Assembly: GCA_963704885.1 (NCBI GenBank)
Contig: CAVPIB010000001.1
Coordinates: forward strand, 986,647 to 1,050,646
Length of the DNA stretch: 64,000 nucleotides
Reading direction: 5' to 3'
Origin: an uncultured Actinomycetes bacterium
GTDB taxonomy: Bacteria > Actinomycetota > UBA4738 > HRBIN12
Part shown: piece by piece, positions 8,889 through 18,714 of the stretch
Layout: every line of letters begins with the position of its first letter
Numbering within the stretch: the stretch's first letter is position 1
Program-made: the position numbers and the translations under genes
The notes under the pieces: model-generated
The model's input: only the letters and a program-made list of their open reading frames with translations
The model's database searches: none
Told to the model about the DNA's origin: nothing

Positions 8889-11241
8889 CCCCCAGGAGGA
8901 CCAGCCAAACCAGCGCTCCGGCGGCGAGGCCTCGCGTGACCGCTCGGTCCCGATAGGCCAGCCTGATCTCATGGTGTCCGGCGCGGACCGGGACCCCTTG
9001 GATCAGGTAGTCCGTCGCCAAGACCGGGACCTCGACCCCGTCCACGGTCGCGGACCAGCCTGGGTCGTAGCTGTTGCGGACCACGACGATCGAAGGTCCG
9101 GTCGCATCAGCGGTGATCCGAACATCCTCGGGGTCGACCTCCCCGTAGCTCGTGGTTCCCGGCTCATCACCGGGGGCCCCCTCGATGCCCGGGTCGCGCT
9201 CGACGTATGCGGTTCGCGACGGATCGAACCCGGGCTCGAGAACCCCGTCCAGAGCCTCCTCGGGGTCGACGATCGCCCAAGACCGCACGACCGATACGCG
9301 GGGTTCCCAACCGTAGATCTGGACCAGGTCGTAGTCATCCGCACTCGCCACGATCCGACCGGTCGGCACCGCCTCGAATCCTTCGGGCACGATCAGGAAC
9401 CGGGTCCCGGTCAGGCGCACGTCTTCGAGAGAGGGCTCGTTGATGACGGTCGCGTTGTAGAAGACCGGAAGGTGGTTCGTGGCGCGGATATAGGTCCAGT
9501 ACCGAGGCATCTGAACAGGGTTGTAGCCCAAGACATCCGGGATGCCGAATAGCGTACCGCGCTCCATGGCGAGCGCAGGCCAGTCCTGGGGGCGCTGCGT
9601 GAACAGGTAGCCCTTGTCGAAGTTGGCCGCGGGTTGCGCCCAGGTTAGGTAGCGGTCGGGCTGCTGACGCAGGATGTCGACGAACGCCGTCGGGCGCAGG
9701 TAGTCGCGTTCGGGCAGGTCCGGATAGCGGAGCACCTGCGGGATAAGGTTGGGGTGCTCGCCGGCCTCCAGGCCGGTGAAGATGGTGCCGCCCGTGTAGG
9801 TGTTCGACAGGATCGCACTGGCGAAGAGCTCGAGACCCAGAACACCGACGACCGCCACCGCCGCCCACCGGGCGCGTGCGGTCGCCAACCACACGAGCGA
9901 GGGAACCGCCGCGAGCATGGCGACGCCCACCAGGACGAAGCGGTAGGGCGTGGCACCCATCACGAGCGGCAAGACCAACAGGAGCACGACGCCGCTACCG
10001 AGCGCCCACTTGACCGCGCGCGCCGACATCGGTCGATCGCGGAGCCCCTGCAGCCCCACAGCCCCAAGGATGGGGATCGCGATCATGGACAGGTATCGCA
10101 TGCGCCCTGGGTTGTGCAGGTAGACGTCACCGAACGGGATCATCAGGATCAGCGAGCGGAACCACCCCGCTGTAACGATGGCGTTCAGCATCAAGACCCA
10201 GGTGAGTGCGAACGCTCCGCCGAAGGCCCAGACGACGGCACGATGGGAACGGACTCGGAGCGCGAGCGGAACCGCCAGCAACACGATCGCCCCCATGTAG
10301 GCACCCGGTGCTACGCCGTAAGCGAGGGGCCACGCGGCCCAGACGCCGTTCGTGGCGATCGGCCGGTCGCCCGCGCGCCCGAGTGAGTCGTAGCCGCTGT
10401 TGAGACTGGATGAGCCGATGAAGTCAAGGCGGGGGATCAGTATGGCCAGGGCGGCGAGGGGCATCACGGCGAGGAACAGCGCCACCCGTCCGATCGCCGC
10501 CCACGCTTCCAGCTCGCCCGAACGTACCGAGGCGACCGCCGTCGCTGCCAGGTAGGAGGACACCAGCAGGGAGCATGCGACCAGACCGTGGCTCATATGC
10601 GCGTTGGCCACCTGCGACCAGGCGAACGCCGAGAGCGCCATCCATGCCAGACGCCTCGACCATCGGTCGGCGCGCCGGTACCCCGAGGCGCCGACCAGAA
10701 CGACGGTCGTCCACGCGAGCGAGCCGGCGAACGGCAGGCTTATCGCAACCTCGGACGTCGACATCAACATCGCCAGGCAGAGGCCGCCGGCGGTCGCGAA
10801 CAGCCGCGACAAGTGCTCCTTGCGCAGGAACCAGAACAACCCGAGCCCGGCCAACAGGGGGTTGAAAACGATGAAGGCTCTCAACGCCGCCCCTGGCGAG
10901 AGCGCGGAGAACAGGACCATGGGCGGGAGGTAGAGCCAACCGCTCTGCGGGTCGGCGGCGAAGCGGTACCCGAGCATCTCGTTCGGGTTCCAGAGAGGGA
11001 CATGGCCCGAAGCGAGCGCGTTCCCCAAGAACCCGAAGCGCGGGAGCCAGAACGCCAGGATGTCCGGATGCTGGTTCGTGAGCAGCGGCTGGAACGCGAA
11101 GCCCCGCAACGTGAACAGCACCCCTGCGACGATCAACGCGGGACCGGCGCAGGCCGCGACAACGCCACGTAGGCGGTCTCTGCGGGCTGGCGTATCCGAC
11201 TCGCGGGGTGGGGCCTGGGGCCTCGCGATGGTGGCGCTCAT
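8818..11241 (-). CDS. YfhO-like (GT-C fold) membrane protein
   Basis: GHVPLWNPNEMLGYRFAADPQSGWLYLP N-terminal motif, many TM helices, C-terminal NSYDPGWSATVDG…GVPVRAGHHEIRLAY. Confidence 0.8.
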   Translation of the reverse strand: MSATIARPQAPPRESDTPARRDRLRGVVAACAGPALIVAGVLFTLRGFAFQPLLTNQHPDILAFWLPRFGFLGNALASGHVPLWNPNEMLGYRFAADPQSGWLYLPPMVLFSALSPGAALRAFIVFNPLLAGLGLFWFLRKEHLSRLFATAGGLCLAMLMSTSEVAISLPFAGSLAWTTVVLVGASGYRRADRWSRRLAWMALSAFAWSQVANAHMSHGLVACSLLVSSYLAATAVASVRSGELEAWAAIGRVALFLAVMPLAALAILIPRLDFIGSSSLNSGYDSLGRAGDRPIATNGVWAAWPLAYGVAPGAYMGAIVLLAVPLALRVRSHRAVVWAFGGAFALTWVLMLNAIVTAGWFRSLILMIPFGDVYLHNPGRMRYLSMIAIPILGAVGLQGLRDRPMSARAVKWALGSGVVLLLVLPLVMGATPYRFVLVGVAMLAAVPSLVWLATARARWAAVAVVGVLGLELFASAILSNTYTGGTIFTGLEAGEHPNLIPQVLRYPDLPERDYLRPTAFVDILRQQPDRYLTWAQPAANFDKGYLFTQRPQDWPALAMERGTLFGIPDVLGYNPVQMPRYWTYIRATNHLPVFYNATVINEPSLEDVRLTGTRFLIVPEGFEAVPTGRIVASADDYDLVQIYGWEPRVSVVRSWAIVDPEEALDGVLEPGFDPSRTAYVERDPGIEGAPGDEPGTTSYGEVDPEDVRITADATGPSIVVVRNSYDPGWSATVDGVEVPVLATDYLIQGVPVRAGHHEIRLAYRDRAVTRGLAAGALVWLVLLGAIPIATWLERRRHGRPHPGDAVP

Positions 11242-11341
11242 GGAGCCTGAGCCTACGGGAACCTCCCCGCCTTCGCGGGGTCCTTTGGTAGGGTGAGCCG
11301 GTCGTTCGACGCCCTCGCACACCTCTTAAGGATCGCCACTC

Positions 11342-12019
11342 ATGATCAGCCTGCAGACCGTCACGAAGACCTACCGCAACGGCACCACTGCCCTTGAGGA
11401 CGTCTCTGTCGAGATCGAGAAAGGCGAGTTCGTCTTCGTCGTGGGGCAATCGGGCAGCGGCAAGTCGACGCTCATCCGCTTGCTCCTCAAAGAGGAGGAA
11501 GCCACGAAGGGCAGCGTCTACGTAGCCGGCAAGAACCTGGCCAAGATCACTTCCTGGAAGGTCCCCTACCTGCGGCGCAACATCGGCACCGTGTTCCAGG
11601 ACTACAAGCTTCTCTCCGACAAGACCGTGTTCGAGAACGTGGCGTTCGGCCTGGAAGTCATAGGCAAGCAGAAGAGCGTCATAGACCAACGTGTGCCGGA
11701 GATCTTGGAGTACGTAGGGCTGGGGGAGAAGTTGAACAACTACCCAGACGAGCTCTCGGGCGGCGAGCAGCAGCGGGTCTCTATCGCGCGCGCGTGCGTG
11801 AACCGTCCGCTCGTCCTGCTGGCCGACGAGCCCACCGGCAACCTCGACCCGAACACCAGCGTGGACATCATGCGCCTGCTGGACAAGGTGAACCGCATCG
11901 GCACCACTGTGGTGATGGCCACTCACGACCAGGCGATCGTCGACGCCATGCGCAAACGCGTGGTGGAGCTGGACAAGGGGCGCGTGATCCGCGACCAGGC
12001 GCGTGGGGTCTACAGCTGA
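11342..12019 (+). CDS. ftsE: Cell division ATP-binding protein FtsE
   Basis: [46 protein letters not shown]; adjacent to ftsX and smpB. Confidence 0.97.
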   Translation: MISLQTVTKTYRNGTTALEDVSVEIEKGEFVFVVGQSGSGKSTLIRLLLKEEEATKGSVYVAGKNLAKITSWKVPYLRRNIGTVFQDYKLLSDKTVFENVAFGLEVIGKQKSVIDQRVPEILEYVGLGEKLNNYPDELSGGEQQRVSIARACVNRPLVLLADEPTGNLDPNTSVDIMRLLDKVNRIGTTVVMATHDQAIVDAMRKRVVELDKGRVIRDQARGVYS

Positions 12020-12900
12020 TGGCACGCGGCGTACAGAACTACTTCCGGGAGACCGCGTCCGGCCTTCGCCGCAACGGGATAGTCGCTTTCGCGGCCATGT
12101 CCACGGCGTTCATCGCGCTCTTCTTGTTCGGGCTGGCGCTGCTGATCGCGCGCGAGTTCAACCTGGTCATCGACGCCTGGACCGGCAACGTGCAGGTGGC
12201 CGTCTACCTCACCGATTCCGCGAACCCCGACACGGTCAAGCTCCTGACGGATAGGCTCGAATCGCTTCCGGCGGTCGGAGAAGTGAAGTACGAGAGCAAG
12301 CATGAAGCGTGCGTGCGAGCAGAGGTACTGTTCGCGAATCAGCCAACCCTGATCGAGAACGTTGACTGCGAGAACATCTTCCCTGCATCGCTGCGCGTCC
12401 ACCTAGCGGATCCCGGACAGTTCGGCCAAGTTCGGGCTGCCGTGGAGGGACAACCCGGGGTGGAGCAGATCGCCGACTATCGAGAGGTGCTATCCCGGCT
12501 GGTGGCGATCACACGGGTGCTTTCCATCGGCATCCTGTCGATCGCCGTGGTCATGCTGGCGTCGGCCATCGCCTTGATCGCGAACACGCTTCGGATGGGG
12601 ATGTTCGCCAGACGCAAGGAGATCGGGATCATGCGGCTGGTCGGAGCCACGAACTGGCGTATCCGGGTGCCATTCCTGATCGAAGGGTTGGTGGAGTCGA
12701 TCCTGGGGGCGCTGGCGGCGATCGCGGCTCTGTTCCTTGTGAAGGTGCTCTTCGTCGACAGGCTCCGCGGCGAGATCAGCTTCTTCCCACTGGTGCAGAA
12801 CCGCGATGTGCTCGCGATCGCGCCCTGGATCCTGATCGCGGCGACGGTCATCGCGGTGATCGCCGGCACGATCGGGATGCGCCGCTTCCTCGACGTCTAG
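12019..12900 (+). CDS. ftsX: Cell division permease FtsX
   Basis: ATG overlaps ftsE stop; ARRKEIGIMRLVGATNWRIRVPFLIEG; 4 TM helices. Confidence 0.95.
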   Translation: MARGVQNYFRETASGLRRNGIVAFAAMSTAFIALFLFGLALLIAREFNLVIDAWTGNVQVAVYLTDSANPDTVKLLTDRLESLPAVGEVKYESKHEACVRAEVLFANQPTLIENVDCENIFPASLRVHLADPGQFGQVRAAVEGQPGVEQIADYREVLSRLVAITRVLSIGILSIAVVMLASAIALIANTLRMGMFARRKEIGIMRLVGATNWRIRVPFLIEGLVESILGALAAIAALFLVKVLFVDRLRGEISFFPLVQNRDVLAIAPWILIAATVIAVIAGTIGMRRFLDV

Positions 12901-12909
12901 GCGATCGGC

Positions 12910-13386
12910 ATGAGCCCGCGCGCTGAGGGCACGCCCGACGAGAAGATCGTCGCCTCTAATCGCAAGGCGTGGCACAACTACGAGATCCTCGAACGGTTCG
13001 AGGCGGGTCTGGTGCTGACCGGCTCCGAGGTGAAGTCGCTCCGCGAGGGTCGCTCTTCGCTCGCGGAGGCGTACGCGCGCATCGGCAGCGGCGAGGCATG
13101 GCTGGAGAACATGCACATCCCGCCCTACGAGCAGGGCGAGAAGCGCGGCTACGATCCGCTCCGCCCACGCAAGCTTCTCTTGCATCGCAAGGAGATCGAT
13201 CGCCTGATCGGCAAGCAGAAGGAGCAGAGCCTGGCCTTGGTGCCGCTCCGCGTGTACTTCGTACATGGGCTTGCCAAGGTCGAATTGGGGCTGGGCAAGG
13301 GCAAGCGCGAGTACGAGAAGCGTCAATCAACGTTGAAGCGTCTGGCCGAGCGTGAGATGGAGCGAGCCACGAGCCGCCGACGATAA
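12910..13386 (+). CDS. smpB: SsrA-binding protein
   Basis: NRKAWHNYEILERFEAGLVLTGSEVKSLREG, RKLLLHRKEI, GKGKREYEKR. Confidence 0.98.
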   Translation: MSPRAEGTPDEKIVASNRKAWHNYEILERFEAGLVLTGSEVKSLREGRSSLAEAYARIGSGEAWLENMHIPPYEQGEKRGYDPLRPRKLLLHRKEIDRLIGKQKEQSLALVPLRVYFVHGLAKVELGLGKGKREYEKRQSTLKRLAEREMERATSRRR

Positions 13387-13445
13387 CCGGTGGTTCGAAG
13401 TGCGTCGGCACCTTGGCCGTATACTCGTTGAGACAACTGCATATT

Positions 13446-13794
13446 GGGGGTGTACTGGCTTCGACTTGGACGTTCATCGACTGGGAGAAGCGGGCCGAGA
13501 TCCCGGATGTCTCGCTAAACGCCGGATCAACACAAGCGCCGATGACTACGCGCTCGCTGCTTAATTAGTTAAGTAGCCGTCCCCTCCGGGGCGCCTGCGA
13601 CCGGAGGATGGACGTCGTAAGCAGGCTCACGGCAACGGTTCCGCCTGGGGGCCGACGCCGGAAAACTAACCCGGGCTGGCCGCGAGGTCCTCTGCCGGTG
13701 GGAGCCTCGAGGTGAGATCTACCACCTGGCTGCGCCCGGAGAAGACCCAGTCGGTCGCCCAAGGACAGGGGTTCGAATCCCCTCACCTCCACCA
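13446..13794 (+). ncRNA. ssrA: tmRNA; predicted tag (A)ADDYALAA
   Basis: 5' GGGGGTG pairs with 3' CACCTCC-ACCA including G3·U; GGCTTCGAC D-region; T-arm GGGGTTCGAATCCCC; tag ORF 13538-13564 ends YALAA-TAA; directly after smpB; TATACT -10 at 13420. Confidence 0.96.
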
Positions 13795-13838
13795 GTCTAT
13801 CTGTGGTGCAACTCATCCCTAGCGTACGTCAGGTGCAG

Positions 13839-14259
13839 TCATCGATGCGCCGTAACGGATGCGGTGTGTTCGCGAGCATCGATCGCCAACGTTTCGGCGG
13901 TCCGAAGCCTCTCGTAGTCGGACCCCTCGATGGTGATCACGGGCGTCAGGACGCCGTAGAGCTCGCGGGCGACTATCGCTCCGAGGGCGACGATGCCGTC
14001 TGGCTCTCGCAGGATGATCGCGGCGGGTGCGGTGCCGGCACGGATGGCTTCGGCCAGGACATACGAGCTGGAGCTGGAACCTCGGCCGGAGGGCATCACC
14101 AGGACGCGTCCGGTGAGGTTCGCTCCCAGCTGGGGGTGATGCGTATCGATCACCGCGCCGGTCGCTGGGTCCAGGCCTCCCCAGAAGCTGAGCGGTTCGT
14201 CCAGGACCATCGCGAGCCCGGCCGCCCGGCCCGCGAACGAGTGTGCGGCCCTCAGGCAC
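13839..14259 (-). CDS. Aconitase X small (swivel, DUF126) subunit; one apparent frameshift near 14230
   Basis: EPLSFWGGLDPATG, GRVLVMPSGRGSSSSS; start VPEGRTLV lies in an adjacent frame overlapping the upstream stop. Confidence 0.85.
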
Positions 14260-15509
14260 CGTCGTCGCCCCAGAGCTCGGGGTCGCGCCAGACGCGGCCG
14301 AGCGCGGCCGAGCGGACGCACTCGTCGAGCGAACCGAACACAACGTCGAACCCGAGATTCGCGGGCGCGTACCAGGCCCACTTGGCGGAGTTCGTCATCA
14401 CCGGACCGTCGATGTCGTGGATGATCGGCGTGATGTAGGTGCATGTGTCCGTGACGAGCGTGACCCCGGCGTCCGCGAGCCGTTCTGCGTGCCCTCGCTG
14501 ACGTCTCGGCCCGTGTTCGCGTAGAAGGGCACGATCGGGTGACGCTCCGGCGACCAGGGCGGACAGCCGCTCCAGCTCGGCGCGCGACAGGTGCGGGGTT
14601 CCGACGCTCACCGCCCCGATCGGCCCATCGGGCACGTTCGTGAGCTCATCCCGCGCCGCGCGGAGTCTCTCGGGGGTGACGACCACCTCGTCGGCGCGGC
14701 GGCATCTCCGCCAGCGCGGCCTCGAGGGTCGGCGCCTCCGGCGTCACGCCCACCGCGTGGAACATAGCCACGGCGCCCGACGACGCTGCCGCGGCGCCGA
14801 GCGCCTTCAGTCGATCCTCATCGGTGTCGGACGGGAGCCCGACGATCGCAGCGACCTCCGTGCCGGCCTCTCTGCCCAGGATGTGGCCGACGCAGGTGGG
14901 CGTGACCTCGTCATGCAGCAGCCGGTCGGGGATACCTTCGAGACGGAGCACCATGGTGGCGCGACGGTTGACATCGAGGTGCAGGCCCGCGAGAGGTGCA
15001 CGACCGGTGATCGCCGCACAGATGTCGATGAAATCGCCGTAGCGGTTCGTTCGGGCACCCAAGACCGAGTTGGCGAAGACGATCGCGTTGGATTCCGCCC
15101 AAGCGACGTGCTCGCCGGATGCGGGGCGCTCAGGCAGTTGGTACGGCGCGCAGGTCCACGTGGGTCGACATCCCATGCCCACGTAGGCATCCATCAGCCG
15201 CCGGGCGTTGGCAGCCGTCTCGCCGTCGAGCCGCACCAGCTCGGGGTGCAACAGGTCGAGCGACGAGACGTTGAGCGTGGTCGGGACCACCACGCGAGCT
15301 CCGCCCTCGACCAGCCGTTGCGCGAAGTCCAGCCCGGCCCGGCCGTGGTACAGGCAGCTGTCGATGTGGGCCGAGGTGATGTCGATCAGGCGCTCGGCCT
15401 CCCACACACGGGCCATCTCGGTCACGATCCGCATGGCGAGCGCCACGGCCTCGCCTTGCTCACCCTGGAGCTTCGTGCGGTCATCCTCCGTCAGGACCGG
15501 GTCAGTCAT
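14252..15509 (-). CDS. Aconitase X large (DUF521) subunit; frameshifted near 14700 and 14500-14540
   Basis: LIDITSAHIDSCLYHG, PTTLN, TWTCAPY, AWAESNAIVFANSVLGARTNR, ASSGAVAMFHAVGVTPEA, VGTPH, DTCTY, MTNSAKWAWYAP. Confidence 0.88.
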
Positions 15510-17417
15510 CGGTCGGGGGATCTCGGGGATCCCGAACGGATCGCCGTCGGCGAACTCGGTCTCGCCGAACGTCGAGAGGTCGACCGACCCGAGGGTCTCC
15601 AGGTACGAGGTGGCGAACACCGCCGAGAACTCCTTCTGGTCGAGCAGGTCTTGTTCGATCGCGCTCGCCGGTACGTAGGGACCGATGTTCTGGCGGTAGC
15701 GGTAGTCCCGGAGGTACGCGGCCACGTCTTCGATGGAGGCGCCGTCGTCCCACAACACGTCGGAGTGCAGGTAGACCTCTGATGGCACGACGCTCTGAAC
15801 CACGTTGAACAGACCGCGCCCGAACTCGGCCTCGATGTGGTCACCCAGTTGGATCGGGTCCAGTCGGACGCCGTCGACGGAGTCGGGGAGAGGACACTGC
15901 CCGTGATCCGCGGTCGCGATCAGGACGTAGTCGTTGGGGAACATCTCTTCGAGCGTGTCGACCAGACGGCCTAATTGCGCGTCGACCTCCTCCAAGATCA
16001 AGCCCTCCCACTCCGAGAGCATGTTGTACATGTGCCCCGTGTAGTCCGGCGTCTTGTAGTTGATGAAAAGCAGGTCGGTGACACCGCTCTGCCCGATGGG
16101 TTCGTTGCGGAGCGTCGCCTCGATCAGGTCGCCCTGGTATCGCACGACCGGCGGGCTGGAGGAAGGCGACTGCTTGCCCGTCGGGGCGTATCGAGCGTCC
16201 CACCCGGGCGAGTCGAACGCGTCGACGTGAGCTTGATAGACATCCAGGCCCGGCGCGCCCACCGGCAGCCGGAAGAGCTCGGGGTTGTGCGACGCCCACC
16301 CGCCGACGCCGTTCTCCTTGTAGAGGGTCTCGTCCCAGTAGACGCCGACCGGCAGGTCGTCGGCGCTCCGCGAAAGGCCGCCGTACCCGATCATGCCCAT
16401 GTGCCAAACCTGGTAACCGATCTGGCCCACCCAGGCGCGGTTCTCGGTCTCGTCGCTCCATAGGTCCGCCAGGGTGGGGATCAGGATGTCGCCGGGGTTC
16501 GCCCTGCCCGCCTCGCCGTAGACCTTGCGGACCTTGTTCCCGTCCCGGATGTTGTGACCGGTCACGCCATGTTCGTCTGGGAAGGCGCCGGTGCCGATCG
16601 TCGTGTGCGCGCACGCGGTGACGGCGGGGAACGAGCCGACGATCGCGTTAGGGTAGTTGGCCCCGCTCAGCATCAGGCGTTGAAGGTTCGGCCACCGGCC
16701 GGGCCACTGCTTCAAGACGTTCCATCCGCCCCCGTCGACCACGAACGTCACCACGATCTTCGGAGGCTCGGCAACCGGTTGGATCGAGGGGAGCGTTGTC
16801 CCGGCTCGATCGTTGGGCCATGCCTCGGATCCGATCTGTTCCGCGACGGTGGGCGCGATATCCGCCAGCGTCACGCGCTCCGTGTTGTCTGAGGGCGCGA
16901 CGCGTCCGGGCGCATAGACCACCAGCGGCACTCGCTCCAGGTACATCCACACCGACGCGTGGCTGGTGTTCGGGTAGAAGCGGACCAGGTCCCGGGACTC
17001 GTTCGCGTAGTTGGCGCTGTTGTAGGGGGCGAGCAGGAGCTGCAGGTCCCCGGATCGACCGGGGTGATACGCGCGGCGGACGAGCTCCATGTACTCGGCG
17101 CCCATGTCGTTGGCCATGGCCTCCTGGATCGGCCGCGGGTCGGGGAAGGAGAGCTTGCGGGTCACGCGACCGAGCGCGTCCCCCACGAAGAGCCACGCGA
17201 ATCCACCCAGCCCCGCGAGGGTGAGGAAGCGGCGCCGGCTCGGGTCGTGCGCCCCGTCGAGCCTGGTCCTCCAGGCCAGGGCTGCCATCCCTACCGCGAA
17301 GGACACGAGCCCCGCGATCAGTCCGAGGAGGCTGCTGCCCAGGGCTGACACCACGAAGGCGACGGCGCCGCCGAGCAGCGCGAACACGAGCAGAGAGCGC
17401 GGGGGTCCAGATCTCAC
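15506..17417 (-). CDS. Membrane-anchored alkaline phosphatase/nucleotide pyrophosphatase superfamily protein (PafA-like), apparently circularly permuted
   Basis: VVDG, PAVTACAH (Thr nucleophile), PDYTGH, TADHG, SHAS…VPL…DIAPT; SRRRFL twin-arginine-like motif after two TM helices; 3' end uncertain because it runs in frame into AcnX. Confidence 0.85.
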
Positions 17418-17485
17418 GACCTCTCGATTCTGTCAGAGCGAAAGCGTTACACCTGTGAAAGCCCGCGGAGGGAAGAGGACGGTCT

Positions 17486-17510
17486 TTCAGGACGTTCAGG
17501 TCGGGTTCAG
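17486..17510 (+). promoter_or_regulatory. TTCAG direct repeats (same box as 3598-3645)
   Basis: TTCAG at 17486, 17495 and 17506 (last two 11 bp apart); CATCAT -10-like hexamer 11 nt downstream. Confidence 0.55.
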
Positions 17511-17556
17511 CGTCCAGTCGTCATCATGGCGATCCACAGTGGAAGGAGCAGGGATC

Positions 17557-17886
17557 ATGGATCGCAGGACCAAGTGGATCGCAGGAGGCGCTCTCGCGGT
17601 CGCCGTGGTGGGTGGGGGCGCGAGTCTGGCCGTGGCGTCGAGCGGGGACGACGAACCTCTCACGGGCTCAGCGCTCGACCGCGCCACCGTCGCGGCGCTC
17701 GAGCACACCGGCGGTGGCACGGTGACGGAGACCGAGATCGGCGACGGCGGAGCCGCCTTCAGCGTCGAGGTGCGTCTTGACGATGGGACCCAACTCGAGG
17801 TGAGTCTCGACGAGAACTTCAACGTGATCGGACAGGAGGCCGACGACGACGGCGCCGAAGACCAGGATGGATCTAGGGACGACTGA
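17557..17886 (+). CDS. Secreted PepSY-domain protein
   Basis: SD GAAGGAG; signal/TM helix then AALEHTGGGTVTETEIGDGGAAFSVEVRLDDGTQLEVSLDENFNVIG. Confidence 0.85.
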   Translation: MDRRTKWIAGGALAVAVVGGGASLAVASSGDDEPLTGSALDRATVAALEHTGGGTVTETEIGDGGAAFSVEVRLDDGTQLEVSLDENFNVIGQEADDDGAEDQDGSRDD

Positions 17887-17902
17887 GCGCAGGGACGAGG
17901 CT

Positions 17903-18574
17903 TCAAGCAGCGTCGAGCGGACCGAAATCCACAGCCTGCGTCGCTCTGGGTATCGCCAGTCCGAGCTTCAGGACCGTCCAGAAGCAGAGCTCCACGACCG
18001 GGCCCACGAGCAGCGCGAGCGTGAGTGTGCCGATGCCCGCCACCCCGCCGAGCATCACGCCGATCACCAGCACCGCTACCTCCATGGTCCCTCGGACCAA
18101 GCCGATCCGCTGTCCCGTGCGCCGAGAGAGCATCAGCATCAAAGAGTCGCGCGGACCGGCGCCCATCCCCGCACCGATGTAGAGCGCAGAGCCCACGCCG
18201 AACAGGAGCACACCCGCCCCAAGGAGCGCGATCCGCAAAGGCAGCCCCGAGTCGGATAGCCGCTCGATCGCATCGAACGAGCTGAGCACGTCGATAGCCA
18301 CGCCGATCACGATGGCGTTGGCGAAGGTCCCGAACCCTGGCGATGTCCCCGCTATCCATGTGATCGCCACGATGATCAGGCCGACCACGATCACCGTCGT
18401 GCCCAGCGACATGGGTGCGTGTTCCGCGATCCCCAGATGGAATACGTCCCACGGCGGAAGCCCTAGCCGCGACTCCAGCATGAAGACGATGGCCAGGCCG
18501 AACAGGATCAGTCCGCCGAACAGGGCCACCAGCCGAACGACGAGGTTGCCACGGAGGAGCGGGGCGTCCTTCAC
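17903..18574 (-). CDS. YczE/YitT-family membrane protein
   Basis: LGLPPWDVFHLG, PGFGTFAN, LYIGAGMGAGPRDSLM, GIGTL; start codon uncertain. Confidence 0.85.
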   Translation of the reverse strand: MKDAPLLRGNLVVRLVALFGGLILFGLAIVFMLESRLGLPPWDVFHLGIAEHAPMSLGTTVIVVGLIIVAITWIAGTSPGFGTFANAIVIGVAIDVLSSFDAIERLSDSGLPLRIALLGAGVLLFGVGSALYIGAGMGAGPRDSLMLMLSRRTGQRIGLVRGTMEVAVLVIGVMLGGVAGIGTLTLALLVGPVVELCFWTVLKLGLAIPRATQAVDFGPLDAA

Positions 18575-18714
18575 GTGGTGCGCTGCCCAGGAACGAACAT
18601 CATCACCCGAGCGTAACGGTCGATCGGCGCATGTGGTGCGAGCCAGGACGGCCACGAGCGCTTTATGGAAGATCGGTGGTGGCGAGGGCGAGCGAGTCCG
18701 TTACCTTGCTGGCT

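Noticed and set aside
13795-13900. Genomic island or prophage integrated at the ssrA 3' end
   Set aside because: No integrase follows, I noticed no duplicated ssrA 3' end, and composition does not change.
14646-17417. 923-aa phosphatase-aconitase X fusion ORF
   Set aside because: The junction lies in a C homopolymer right before an ATG; one base less gives …IPDR-stop with an ATGA overlap. An exported phosphatase fused to a cytoplasmic Fe-S enzyme is unlikely, and neighbouring genes carry indels.
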